This document shows positions 12,397 through 26,662 of a DNA stretch of 64,000 nt, one piece after another. Below the pieces are notes generated by a model that was not told the origin of the DNA, made no database searches, and saw only the letters and a list, made by a program, of their open reading frames with translations. This DNA comes from Pecten maximus (lineage: Eukaryota), in assembly GCF_902652985.1 (NCBI RefSeq), contig NC_047019.1, forward strand, positions 7,998,001-8,062,000, written 5' to 3'. A program made the translations under genes and the position numbers. How positions within the stretch are numbered: the stretch's first letter is position 1; each line of letters opens with the position of its first letter.

Positions 12397-15194
12397 ATAT
12401 GTATCAGATGAACATTTACGTGAAAGGGTACTTTACTTTACCACCTCCTATTTGGTTGAGACAAAACTGGAGTAATTATATTACCTCCATCTGTTCTCAT
12501 GTTTGCGGTATGTAGCTGTACAAAAGGGGAGTAATGCCTCATATTACATTAGGTAAATCAGTGGTTTGTGTTCGATTTAAGATCATAGAGATACAGGAAT
12601 TCACGTAATACTATTGGCACGATATAGTTACCTAGGTATACTTAAGAATGTTGGTTGGTCACGAAAGGAATAAAAAAAATATAGCTTAGACCTTATGTAA
12701 AGATTGTAATTCTGAGATGATGTAATCAAACAATGATAATAAAAATCAAAAGAACAATTTCAATGTTAATCAGAATCTAACATTCTTAATCTGATTTATG
12801 ATGCTCTTCACAATACGTAAATGTTTTTCAACCAAACCTCAGATGTCCAACAAAACAAATGTAGTTGTGTATGATATTAGAATAAGCAGACAGTATATCA
12901 AAGTATCTAAACACCATTGTCAAGACACTATATATGATGTAAATTACAAAAAAAAATTGGGGCTGGGGGAAATAGTGGCGCCAGGCTTTCAACAAGGCGC
13001 TTGGCAACCATTGAGGACTTCCATCATAAAATAGGTTGTGGTAAACACTGAATGTAACGTAATGATGTAGTGAATTTTAACTGTTTCAGCCCCGCCTAAA
13101 TGCTACGAAAGGTGGTAAACAAACACCTTAATTAATTTCTATAATATATAAAAATATGTGATTCATAATTAAGTGTTATTTTAGTAAAATGCTCATAAAA
13201 TTTTCAAAATGATTTCACGTATAATCTTATGGAATTGAAATCCTTGACATGCTTGTATAGCAAACGGTTGTTTTTGTTACTAGTTCAAACTTTTGCAGTT
13301 ATTTTAAAGACTTCTTTCGTGATTGCTTTTCATTCTTAGAAAATAATTATACACAGAACCTGTGAAATCAACAGTTGTTATCACAGCAATACTATTATAA
13401 AGGTCATACTTGTTTACTGTTTGGTTCCACTGGTTTCAATAACATCACTGTATATAATATATATGAGTATATAACATTGATGTTACATATCTGTGACCTC
13501 AGATCGATCAAATTGTAGCCGAGATCGATAAAACTGTCATGTGCCTGCGGGCTGGACAAGGGTCATCTGCCATTTTGACGGACAATGCGCGAACAAATGG
13601 ACAAGTAGGTTTTACAACGTATTGTCCAAAGGGACCAAGCGTCCATAAATTACCACCTAACTAGCCTTAACACACACGTGTCAGCAGACATTCTCGCAAT
13701 GTAATTACAGTGTTGTACACACGATATAATTACACCTGGTACCGACAAAATCTGTAATTACACCACAATATACAATTGATTAATTAAACTACACACGTAA
13801 ATAACGTTGGCCATATTTATGGTGTTGTGCAGGGATTTTTTTAATATATGATATCTCTTATCAAATTATATCCAACATACTAGACATAATGTAACTAATG
13901 AGGCTAGTAACATATTATTCACTCCGGTAAAGAAGAAAAATGAAATTTTCATTAAATGTGATATTTATTGAATTTTTAATAAAACGGGAAAAAACCACTT
14001 GAAACCCAATAAAGCTAATATAACGCACAGTCATTCACCATAGGTTCATGGAAAATATGAATAAATATGCAAATTAGGTATCCGGTCATCGGGAAAAGGC
14101 AGTACTTAGTATTCAGCGCCCACAGCCAGTAATATATTCTATTCCTGCACATCAATCGTCAACATGGTGCACATGCCTCAAAGGAAAATTGTGAAGCTAT
14201 TGTGGAAAACTTAACATGGAGTTCTTTGATGAAAAAACCTTCTTTGATACTTTCTTATTTTTCTGTAATATCAACTCGATTCGGATATTTAATTAATAAT
14301 TTTATTGCCTTCCATGTTTGTCTGGTTTTTATCAATGTAATAGTATGAATTATATGAAAGTGTCATTTTGCAATGGCAAAAATGAATTTATATCTCTCTC
14401 CAGAGTTTATTTATCAATAAATGTAGCACATTAATTAGAACGGACCACACTAAAAATTATCACATTACTGATTTGTCATATTCTGTTGATTTTAAAGGAG
14501 ACATAATCAATAAATATGTTGATATCAAGGGAATATCAACTTCCTCCATGAATTTTTTATGGTTACAAGTATTGATCAAGTTTAAAAAGTAGTCCAGACT
14601 CATTTTCTAAGAAATACAATGTGATAAATTAAACAATATGTATATTTAGTGTGTATAAGTTGTATATAATTTGAAGTATAGACTAGTTACACCAAAAAAG
14701 GAAAATATTTACACGATTTTATGGATAAAAAATGATTGCAATAGATGCGTTTTTCATAATCTTATGGTAGTTTGAAATCTCATATTTATAATACCTTTAT
14801 TTATATGAATTATTTCACATATTCATAATTACAACAGGTAAGTACATACTGATGGTAGGTGACAGGGACATGACGTGACAGTTACACAGGTGAAAATGTC
14901 TTCCTATACAACACAGCTATGCTAAACACCAATCAGGTGTTAATCACATAAATCGGTTACCAAGGTGACATAATTGTAGCAATTTGATTGATTATAACAT
15001 TGATTATGACGTAACCACCACAGACTGACGTAATGCGTATGTAAATGAAAATATTATTATTCATCAACTTGATAAAAATCCCGCCCTTATTTATTTGATG
15101 AAATAATGAAATAAAAAAGTAAACATTACTTATTTACATTAATTAGATTTGTCAGTTGTTAAAAATAAACAATAAATATATGTGTTTTAATATA

Positions 15195-15535
15195 TACAGG
15201 ATCTGAAACGAGTTCTCATTTCTTCCGAGATGTTATGAAACAATTCTTTAAAATCTTCTATAAAATTGAAACAAATTTAAGATACATTTTATAATATAAC
15301 TCAGAAGTACATTTCGACAGGGCTAAAAATCAAAATGTGGAGGACTTATTCAAACGGTGAGAGCCATTTTTGCGCTATTCAAAGTTCATGACTTCACGTC
15401 ATTGTGCATATTATGACGTCATAACAGCCAACGAAAAACGCCTAAGTGTATAATACGATAGTGGCATCTGCAAATATATTACATGGGTAAATTCACAGGA
15501 TAGCTGGCCGACTATGACGTAAATCTAGATATCAG
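15195..15535. mobile_element. Dispersed repeat, homologous to 60600-60965 (non-autonomous DNA element, family unassigned)
   Basis: Collinear shared blocks GGAGGA..TCAAACGG..AGCCATT, ATTATGACGTCA, GCCAA..AAAA.GC and GGATAGC.GGCCGA. Also, 15198-15245 is a diverged reverse complement of 60703-60748. Confidence 0.6.
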
Positions 15536-18199
15536 ATGTGGCATGGTATATGTAAGACTGGTGTATATCATATCTATGTTATACATACAAGGTTACAGTC
15601 AATACAGAAAACCACATGCTTAAAGATACAGGTAGATAACTATGGTTAATATGATTGCATACCATTAACGGTATATGTATATCAAATGTGTTTACCCACT
15701 TATAATAATATACAACTCTACGGTTTCATATAAATGATGATATATCCGTTTTTAAATACTAGTCTTTGAGAGGAGAGTGTGAAGTGTTTCTCTTCTTCGG
15801 TAGAAATAACATTATTGACATATTCATTGTGTTTAGCAAGTCATTAAGTTTTTTTAAAAGAAATCTACACAAAACTGACACTTGGATATATAACAAAATG
15901 TATTGTACTGTGATAACGGGGACAGTTACCATTGTCACAAGCCAAACACAACACTATTATTGTTATATTCGAACATACAGAACCACACCAATTCAAATCG
16001 AGGTTGTATCATTTGTCCGCAAGAAGGTCATACCATGACTTTTATCTTATCCTATGTAGGAGTTCAACGCAAAATATCATAATTTGAATATTAAACAAAT
16101 CATTTTCGATTTTGTTGGGACAATGGAATAGTTTTTTTTCGCCTGCGTCGTGATTGATGTCTTTTACAGTTCACATAAAACTTGCACTCGATGGCTCGAT
16201 GTTGGACTTACAATGTGTTTATATTCCATCGGAGCTCTGAATGAAACCAGTATGAACGAAAGCAATTAACGGTACACGTTGTTAACACTATGCTATGTTT
16301 AATACAAATTAACACGTAATGTTATTGAGGACAACAAAGGGTTATGGTTTTATATGTAATAAATTGTAAGTCCATAATTTCATTTTTTTTTCATCACAAT
16401 GTCATAATGCGTTTATACCATTCAGTATGTATTTGTTAACTTAACTCAACATTCCACCCTCATTAGAACCGCTGCATACAACGTTGACTACAAATATGAA
16501 TGTATGTGTAGAGAAAATAGTATGTCCCTCCCCGCCCGTAGTTGTATATTTGTGTTTCTAACATACTTACATGTGACCTGGTAGTATATATTTGCTTGTT
16601 TGTAGTAGTATATTTGTTTTTCTAGTATATATAACGCTGAGATGTCGTGATACACAGCAATACTTAAATGATTACCAACATTATTTATTGAATGAAATAG
16701 TTGAAATGTGACATAATTGACCAACGTTAAATAAATCCTGGAACCATTAAATATGTTACTGACACCGTTAACCCATTTCTTTTACAAATATTCATTTAGT
16801 TTGACAGGTTTCGAATCCATCTTTTTTATGGGCAGTGTTCAACCATAAGAACGAATGTTTTTGTTACACGACAGAAGAAAAGGACCGTGAAAACACGAGA
16901 AAATTTAATTTAGGGTAGAAAATGAGTATAAACAGGCTTTACCGTTCACAGGTGTGCTGTTTTATATTTATTAGGCGTACTGTGCTAAACCAATATGGTG
17001 TTAAGGATGACGCAGACTCTACCCTGGAAATGACAGCTTTTATGTCATGCGACACCAATTCTGCTGATGAGAATAGATATAGATATTATATGGAACATAT
17101 TGGAATGAATTGAAAATAATGTTTTCTTTAAATGTCTATTTATTCAAACTATTTCATCTATTTATATTTCAAAAACCAATCATCTTATTTAGAAACATAT
17201 GAACAGGAAGAAAAAGATAAATCGTTGAGATGGTTTGGAAAAGAGAGTTATTAAATTGTACAGAAAAAATCAACATAAAATGTAATATGTGAGATAATTA
17301 CTTCATATTGCTGTAGAATGAAAATGAAGTTTTTTCTTTTTTTACTTATATGATATATATCGTGTAGTTGGTTAATACAACAAAAGATGGACATATAACC
17401 ATGGCGACGATGGAGTTTGAGGCTTGGTTTTAATTTTAAATTAAATTAGAAATAAAAATCGACATGAACACGAGCTCAAAACAGGCATAAAATAAGAAAC
17501 ATGAAAATTACCACTGCATAATCTTGACAAGATATGAAATAGTAAAATTCTTTTTTTTCTTTTTTTCCCCTTTTTGTTGTAAGCTTAATTAGTTCTTTTC
17601 GAATTTCATTTGGTAAAAGTAGATGTCTATATATAAATCTGGTTTAGTATAATTTTGTCTGGTTGAATGCATGTAAGGATTGAAATTGGGCGTACATGTA
17701 CCCAATGACATACATATAATACGCTATACTGATTAAAGTATCCTTTAGCTACGCTGGACGTTGTGCATGGTAGGGAATGCCAAGCAGCATTTCAATAAAT
17801 GGATTACCAGTATATTGAAGTGCAAACAGTACACCAGATCAATAGGAACATCCTTCGGGGCGCTCTGATAAACAGGTACAGGGATATGGCGCTTGTCAGG
17901 CGTAATCGGGGGAGTATTTACACGCCTTATATGGAATATTGTACCTTCATTTACACGTCATACATGCAAATCTCTCAGTAATAACATAACCGATAAACTA
18001 ATCTTAGTCATTATCACGTTGGAAACCTTGTGCTAGCACAATACTTTGGTCTCTATACAAACGTGTTTAACATTCAAATGGGAAAATACATAATATTAAA
18101 AATGTAACCACTACATCAACTATCAAGATATGAACCATCGCACTAAGTATTATGATAGAAATTTAGTGACATTAAATAAGCTTTAAAAACAGTTGCGAC

Positions 18200-18530
18200 G
18201 CTTATTGCAGTGTATGGCGATAGTATTCATTTGATAGTGATCAGTGGTAATGATATAGGTCAAAGGATTTGAAATAAATGTACATGTACATATATAGAGG
18301 TTTCCTAACAAGAACAGAAAAGAGAAGCTTTAACTGTTAAAGATATAAAGACAGAAAAATAATCGACATTCAATAAGCCAAGAAAAACGAAAATAATTGA
18401 AATGCTTATTGCACTGTACAACCGTTTTATCCTTTATATAAAGATCAGTGGTGATGGATTCAAAAGATTTGAAACATATGTATACCATTGTCCTAATGAG
18501 GACAGACAATGAATTATAGCTTTAAACCGA
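18200..18530. repeat. Diverged tandem duplication, ~200-bp unit x2
   Basis: GCTTATTGCA.TGTA...GATCAGTGGT.ATG...CAAA.GATTTGAAA...TCCTAA...AGCTTTAA at ~18201 and ~18404. Confidence 0.7.
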
Positions 18531-20766
18531 ATACAACTTTGTAATTTTGTGCTGAATATATTTTTCGTGTAAACTAAAACAGCAAAAAGAATAAATCAAA
18601 CATATTATATTAATCATTTGATATTATGATTATCAATATGTTGTGAATGACTGTATCTTAAGTCTCTTTATTTACTTCATATTGTTAAGAGTAACTTGAA
18701 TAATACTGTCATTGAAATTATATAAATCGTATTTTGTCCTAAAGGGATGCTAAAATAAGCTGCAGAAAGGAGTCCCTGTCACATACACTAGATATACAAT
18801 ACAAATAGTAAGGGTAATGAGGCATATGTTTATTGGACGTGCGTCTACACTTGGCTTCTGACCTGTACAGTTTGATGGAGTGGTGACCTAGTAGGATGGG
18901 GGACCTATCTGCTCGTCCTATGTATCTCAATGCATCACAACCACTGGCTCAGATCCGACAAGGAAGTGGGGACATAACATTAACCTCACTGGCAACATGG
19001 AGGGATACAGGTTAACATAAAAAAGTAATCTTCAAAGAAACTCCTTTTAAGCGGAGAATTTAAGCAAAGTCCTGTGAGGTTTGAGAAATTGCAAACATTT
19101 TTCTTGAGGAGTAAATTTTCTTATTCAGAAATCTTCCTTACTTAAACGTAAGACGTATTTGGTCTAATATGTATCTAGATTTTCAGAACTTTTGGTCGCT
19201 AGAATCAGTGGCGAGACTGTATTGTGTAGTTTTGTAATTATTATCATACATAGACTGCATCTATTACGTAAGTGGTATTAAAATGATGTCCCTATTAAGA
19301 ATAAGTACCGTACGTTCATCAAATGCGAAGATGTAATTTTCTGTTACATATATACAGGTGTGCACATACATTAAATATTTTGACTAAAGGAAGCATTACC
19401 ACCAGCATTTTGCTTTTCATAACTTACAGATAATCAAGCAAGATCTTGAAAACCCTTAATAAAAATGATGATACATAGAATATGTTAATAATAAAAACCT
19501 GTTTAATCACTAGCAGTTTGTAAGCTGTTTAAATATCTCGAGATTCGTGTTATCTCTTCAGATAACTTTACTCTGACTACACAAATTCAGCTGTCATCAA
19601 ATTCACTGATAACTGTCTCCGGTAGAGGAAATTGTGAGGAGGAACATTACAATCACATTTTAAATGGCCTGCTATTTTAATATTTATCTCTATTTTGTAA
19701 AATGAAGCAGGATGTTTGTTGATTTGAACAAAGATTTCCATTTATATTATACCCCATACAGCAAGGATATGCATAGACAGATTTTACCATACCGATAACA
19801 TCAGATGCATCCAAACAATGGCATGCCATTTTGTCAATGTAACGCCTTATGTATCAGTAAGTTTATTTTTAAAACCACTTCATTTAACAGGTAGACACAT
19901 TGTGAAGTCCATATATGACAATTGTGCCTACACATGAAAAAGCCTCTACCGACACTTTTTTCTCTCTCCTTGTTAAATATTTGTAACATTACGTTTGTGA
20001 TTAAACACAATGTTATTGTTTCCTTTTAAACACCCGCGATGTGATAAGGCTATGTGGTTAGAACATGTATCGGGACAAAGCATTGTACTTAATGACGGTA
20101 ACTAACTAGGAAAGAAGATAATGAATGGAGTACAAATAAAAGCCTTTGTTCCAGACAGATGTGTATACCAAACTGTGTTTAGTGGGAGGTAAAACTGACG
20201 TTTTATGACGAATCTGTCACAGGTGTATACGGACCGGAAGAAGGCTTTGATGGTCAAAATATATACGTAAAAAGGCTAAGATCATAAACCTTTCATACGA
20301 ATACATAATAATCCAATGATATGTATGACCCGATTCGTTTGATGTATATATACTTGATGGGAAATATGAATGACGACAAGGAATAAGTATGCATACGAAT
20401 TCCAGTCAAAATATTTTAAACATCTTATGTAAGATTTTAAATGTAGCTTGTTATAGAGTTAATTCATTTTAAAGATATCCGTTATAAAAATGTTAATGAG
20501 TTTTAATCACCGGATATGAATCCATTAGCGGCTAGATACAATATTAGAAAAAATACCGTTGATATTCAATGGTCGCTGTCATAAATATCACAGATATGTA
20601 ACAAGTAGACTTTCAAATATAATTAAAGAATTTCTAGTGGCGTTAACATGTCCTTAAACATATTTTCATATTCTTAATAAGAATTTCTTCTCCTAATCAA
20701 ATAAATCGGAAACTGTCAAGTGATTGCCAACTGTATTACTGTAAATCCAAACACCGAGCCACTTAC

Positions 20767-20960
20767 CTTCCAATGGATATGTACACAGTATGGATGTTGA
20801 TTAAACACGTGGAGTGTTCTAGTCACTGTTAGTAAGTTGAGTACGACAGCTAGTGTGAAGTATCCCTTTCCGACACATGTAAACAACAACACGATTACTC
20901 CACCTCCTCTACATCAGTAATAAGTTCCCCAAGTACCAGTCCCGTATAAACTGAGCGACT
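20767..20960 (-). other. Candidate non-coding first exon (5' UTR or lncRNA)
   Basis: Perfect donor AAG|GTAAGT at 20767/20766 and Inr-like TCAGTT/TCAGTC at ~20950-20962. Only short uORFs inside. Confidence 0.5.
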
Positions 20961-20968
20961 GACAGTCT

Positions 20969-21072
20969 TACCTGGCAGGTATATCCGTCTACAGGTAGTG
21001 CTCAGGTAAAATATATACCTGTATCGATCAGTGGTATAAACAGGGGACTCCACACCTGTAGCCGTTCACCTG
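20969..21072. promoter_or_regulatory. Cluster of seven CAGGTA/CAGGTG (ZEB/Snail-type) motifs
   Basis: Sites at 20969, 20976, 20992, 21003, 21016, 21053 and 21067 (both orientations) within 104 bp, immediately upstream of the candidate minus-strand TSS. Confidence 0.55.
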
Positions 21073-24000
21073 TCTCAATACGTTGCCTGGCTCACAATGG
21101 CCGTCGTTGTCCGACCTAGCCCATGACTATCAGGGTCCACGGACTTATAGAGAATGTATCATCATTCTTCTCCGGTGAATAGATTGTCATTCAATAGTTT
21201 GATCAGACGCATTAGGCCAACCATTCCTAGAGGTTGTTTAATTCGCCTGTGTCGCCCCTTTAGTATTCACTGGCTATGATTGATGCCTATACATGCATTC
21301 GTTGATTTGTCCTCCTGGATCTTAGTATGAAATTGCAATTTAATTTTCTCCTGTTGGACATCTTGTGAAGACTTCTATTAAACTTTCTATAACAGACCTA
21401 ACGATGTTTCTTTAAACCACAGACGTTTGTAAGCAGTGTTTGCATTGTTGTCATTGATGTATTTAGCTAAGTACATGAAGTGTAATTTACGTGTTTATTT
21501 CTCCACAACATTGCAGTAGAGTTGATATTTTCTTCAAACAATCTGAATTATGTGCATGCCTACTCTGAAAGCGTTTAAGAACTCAAACAGTTTGTTCACT
21601 TTCATTCAGTTTGAATAACAACGTGATGGTGTGTATATACTTATTTCCAATTATGTTTACAACAAGTTACATAATAAAACTCGCTTTTATGACACAAACG
21701 GATTAAGGTATTATGCTGCAAATTAAGTTGTTTTTATATTGCGTGAAAGTAGCTGTTTTTCTCACCATTTACACACACAATATGAAATTACTGGGACATA
21801 ATGTAACTTAAATGGCGATTTTTTTCATATACTAAAAACACTTTAAGTCAAAGTTATAAATGTCTATGCTTGATAAATTGTCTTACATGTATAATAAATG
21901 ATAAATGTTTATGATACGAAGTAACGACGGTTTTGCTGCATGAATATATGAGAATTTCAATTGGTTTTTTCACTTAGATACTTTATTGCAAATGCACATT
22001 AAAATTATAATATTTGTATTTGAAAATGGTTTCGGACAAGTCAGCCAATTATGATTGATGTACCAAAATACATTTTAACCGAAACAGAACTTCTCTCTTA
22101 TACATAAACTACTAACACGCCAAACCATACTGAATTGTTGTATCAAGTGACGTATTCTATCAGGAATGAGGAGCCATCAAGATATCTGATAAACACACAC
22201 ATTTGTTATATACGAATTCCATATAGTCAGTGTGTTGAGTAAATACTGATAGTAACATGTGCTTTGAATCGCTTTAATGCTATGATTTTGTTTTGTTATC
22301 AAAGTTGTTTGTTGAGTTGAGCTTTTTCCTCACTGCAGACATAATCTTATAAAATGATTTTGAAAAATGCTATGGTAAAAATATAAAACAAAAGAAGAAA
22401 GTTTTGGAATCTTACACATTCTATTTTTTCAATGTTCTTTAAGAAAAGGTGACCGATTTATCTGCACGGCATTCCATAATTAAGCAATAAAAAATAGATC
22501 ATCAAATCAAAACAAATAATTAAAGTGATTGAAATCGAAGAAGAAATTCTACACGAGAAACAATAAAAACAGGAAACGCATAGTGTATATCAAATCTGGA
22601 AGCGGAATCAGGTTATCCGGATAATGGTACAAGCATCCCCCATAGAACAAATGAAGATGCTCGTCATCAATTCAAGAATAAAACTGTCACCAGGATTTAA
22701 AACAGATAAAAAAACTTCAATCATACCAGAAAATGATAAATTCCCCGGTATATTATATAGTTCATTTTAACTTTTGTTTTCAGTTCATGCTAATCAATAC
22801 CCACGAGACGGATACATCGGAAGTGTTCATCTGATTTTTATTATTTCATATACATCCCAACGCACTATTTATGACAAACAAACGTTGTACATTAAACATT
22901 TGTTGCTGACAAACCCACATGGTTTAGTCAGTTGAAGTTGAAGTTTCAGGAGGTAATTTTGTTTTAAATCATTTTACTACTTGATATCCTTCGCCCACTG
23001 ATGTTCTTTTTTCTCTCTTGAAATATGGATGAAGATGTTAGATTTTGATATAATTCTTGAAATTAAACATGAATAAGATTTACTAATTAAAAGTATTTCG
23101 TTCTCATCAACTTATAAAAGTTATTCGCAGAGATTGCGACTTGAAAAAAGGACAAATTTTGGGTAAAGTCATTGATACATTTTACCTAGATGTCAAATTG
23201 TAGACTAGCCTTGCCGAAAGAATGTCATTAAAACTACACCCAAACAAAAAAAAAGCCGAAGTTTTTAGACATAAATATGCAATATCAATTGTTTCATAAA
23301 AACAATATCACATTCTTAACTGCTCATCAACACAGATATGCACTATCGTATCGCTAATGGGAATTACAATAAAAACGAATATAATCTTAATGGCACACAA
23401 ATAACATTGACTATGTTTTGGTTTGAAATTTGCATATTCAGTTACGAAATAAAAAAAACTGTAAAATGTTGAACTGTAACACTCTAGAAAGAAAGAAAAA
23501 TGCAACAAAGTAATTAAATATGTAAAATGGCAGATTTAGTTATGAACAATGAAGCCATCAAATGATACAGAAGAACAGTAGTCCCTATTGTAAAATAGGA
23601 TACATCACTGTTGGCTTAAACTGGCCTTCAACGATGACACCTTAGTGATTCAGCGTAAAACAGAAGAAAAGAGGGAATCCTCATATTGTATCTAGCTGTT
23701 ATGCAATGGGATGAACAGACTAATATTTAAACAAGATTTAATCGATCGAACAGTTCACTTTGATACATGTCAAAAGTAGCAAATTAATGCGCTTAAAATT
23801 TCATTTTGTATAATTATGTAAAATGTATGACATAACAATGCATCTTTTGTTTTATGATAGATTTGACGTATTGTCTCCTTCATTGATTACTTGATAACAA
23901 ATAAGTGACACACACAGCACGTGCATCAATCTAATGATGTATCTTATTACTTTTAATGTGGTAGACTGTTAATTTCAGTAATACTTTTACGAACTTATAC

Positions 24001-24299
24001 AGTCAGCAACATGTCTAATTATACTTAATTAGATGCATGTGCATTTGCTAATCAATAACATCCTTTAATCATTGATGCATGCCTATCCATGAATTGTTAA
24101 TGTAGTTTTAAAATCATCTTATTATATTTTATCATTTTCTGACGAAACACTTATAAGGTATCAAATGTACAATTTTGAATATAGTTTTTGTTAAATTTGA
24201 GCTAATTAAGCGACTAGCAGGAGACTAGACTAGTGTTTTTACATCCAACAAGTTCTCATAAATTCATACCTTATGTATATACATGTACCGTGTTATTAG

Positions 24300-24429
24300 C
24301 ACAGGCGTCTGCTTCCTGTTAGTATCAATAATCAAATATTAGTCCCCTACTCCTACACCTTGTTGATATAGTAAGAGTAGGGGGTTAATATTTTTTTCTA
24401 CAAATACTAATCAGAAACAGACGCCTGTG
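24300..24429. repeat. 130-bp imperfect palindrome (probable palindromic MITE)
   Basis: Arm CACAGGCGTCTGCTTCCTGTTAGTAT...AAATATTAGTCCCCTACTCCTAC pairs with GTAAGAGTAGGGGGTTAATATTT...ATACTAATCAGAAACAGACGCCTGTG, leaving a ~14-nt loop. Confidence 0.85.
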
Positions 24430-26392
24430 GTTTCAGTAAGATTGATAACTTCTATTTGAAATACAATTCAAATATACAAAATAAAAAAATAAAAATGTTT
24501 CTTAAAGTAATAGATATGTACGTTTTCTTTGATTTATTTATATTTTCCTCCTGTGTTTAAGTTAGATATCAAGTAAAATAAATATCCCTTCTCAGAGGCA
24601 CTTGTTCCTGGACAAATATTTTTGTTTGGTCCAATCAGACCTGTTTTCCTCCGCACGCAGGTACGGGTTTTCTTTACACATCTTCTAACAATTGTAGGAA
24701 GTTTACGATCCTTCCAATCAATTCACGTAGTGTTTATGGAACAAAACCATTATATATTAATGCTTAACTTGGACTAGTGTAATTTAAGTATTATATAATG
24801 GTTATGGGAAAATGAAATTCTTCCATGTCCACATTTTCGATGACAGATGGATTGAATATGTTCCCATGTCCGTTGGTATGCAATGTCAAGATGAAATATT
24901 TATTCCTTTCAAAATCAACAATCTGCTTTATTATTAAATAGCCATTTTATAATTTCCTTAATACTGTAGTTGTCATGTCAGAATAGTTTCTGAGCAGGTT
25001 ACATTTTGTATACCTTGTATGGGGGAAAGTTGAAGGGCTTAATTGTTCAATGCACAATGGGTGATTAAACCATGTGCTATTTATTATTAGAAGCTTCAAA
25101 AGTGAGGTTTGGCTAGTCATAATTTAACATAATCACAAAAAAGTTCAATATGTATATATGTTTATTTCCATGATGATGAAATTAAAAACTACAAAATACA
25201 TATTTTCTTAGAGAAAATTACGCCATGAATAAGAAATCGGATAAGTACTGAATGTTCAAATAATTCTTTGCAAGATAACCAGAAGCCGAGTCCACTGTGG
25301 CAAGTATTTGGTGTTTTGTTTCGGAAAAAACTATGGATGGTTATAGCTAGTCTTGAAAAATAAAGCATCTGGTGCCTTTAGAACAAATGAAGGGTAGGGT
25401 AACCGTACAGAGAGTTGATTGCAATCAACCAAGTATATAATATGTATGTTATAGTTTATATAACTAATGTAAAAACAAGTTTAGTTAACATTTTATTGTA
25501 GAATAATCAGACTGTGTTGTATGACAGCATGGTATTGAATTAGTGAGTGATCCAAGACATCAGTATACCAAAAGTTAAATATATCAATCCCTTATGTAAA
25601 TTACTAAGACGAGGATTAGAAAATAATATTCACTTAGACTTATTGTCTGTTTCTACTTCTTTTTACTAAATTTTATTCGTTTTAATATTAATATAACAGT
25701 AATTACCTTCAGGTACTTTGATATTTTTACATTATTATATTGGATATTTTCTTTCATGCGTTTATTTACGATTGAGAACTGTGGCACAATAGTCGTGATA
25801 AATTTGTTCCAATGAGAAATGTTCATTCATTGTACACCTGACACCTCAAACGTAATTCTTATTAAGAATATATATATATATAATCAAGAAAAAATGAGTG
25901 ATTGGTAGGAAGGGGAAATAGTACAAATATATCAGAGTCAGATTTGAATATTGTATTCGCGATTTGGAATTTTAGGCAGGTTTTACAGCCATGTCTTTTC
26001 TATATCAATTCATTCATCATTCTGTGATCATGTCATCAAAGGTCAGGAGATCACCCAAGGTGTCGTTGTTTGAAGTAATGAGCCGATCATTAACAAAAAA
26101 TGAATATAAAATATTGTTTTTGTTGATAAGGTTTAAAGTGGTGGGCGTATTTAATCGTAAAGTTTATATAAGAATGTGTAGATTTATAGAAAAACTAAGT
26201 AAATTGATTCTAAAGTGATTTTTGTACCATACAGTGCTCCTCCATTCTTTATAATTCTTTAATGTTCTTTGTAATTATCACAAATTTATATTGTATAGAA
26301 TATTGTAAGATTGTATAACTGTACGCCATGTATCATTGTTATTATGTATATGTGACCTCTTGTTACACACTTTAGTGTGTCAGAGTGATATC

Positions 26393-26420
26393 AATAAAAC
26401 CTTGAAACCTTGAAACCTTG
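26393..26420 (+). mobile_element. 3' tail of a truncated LINE (CR1/L2-like)
   Basis: AATAAA followed by (AAACCTTG)3, the short tandem tail style of CR1/L2-group retroposons. Confidence 0.4.
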
Positions 26421-26430
26421 TAATAACATA

Positions 26431-26662
26431 GGGGCCGCGGCGGCCGAGTGGTTAAGGTGTTCTGACAGTTTATCACTAGCCCTCCACCTCTGGGTCGGGA
26501 GTTCGAAGCCAACATGGGACAGTTGCCTTGTACTGACCGTAGGACGGTGGGTTTTCTTCTGGTACTCCAGCTTTCCTCCACCTCCAAAACCAGGCACGTC
26601 CTTATACAATGTATGACCATGGCGGTTTAAAGGACGTTAAACAAAATAAAACCAAAACCAAA
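26431..26662 (+). mobile_element. Full-length tRNA-derived SINE with V-domain-like core
   Basis: GGGGCCGCGG head, A-box CGGCCGAGTGG, B-box GTTCGAAGCC, core GGTTTTCTTCTGGTACTCCAGCTTTCCTCC and 3' end GGACGTTAAAC with a CAAAAC-type tail. Homologous to the copies at 51346 and 51562. Confidence 0.92.

Noticed and set aside
26431-26515. Functional tRNA gene (also 51346 and 51706)
   Set aside because: A/B boxes are present but no clean cloverleaf is evident, and the sequence continues into SINE body and tail.
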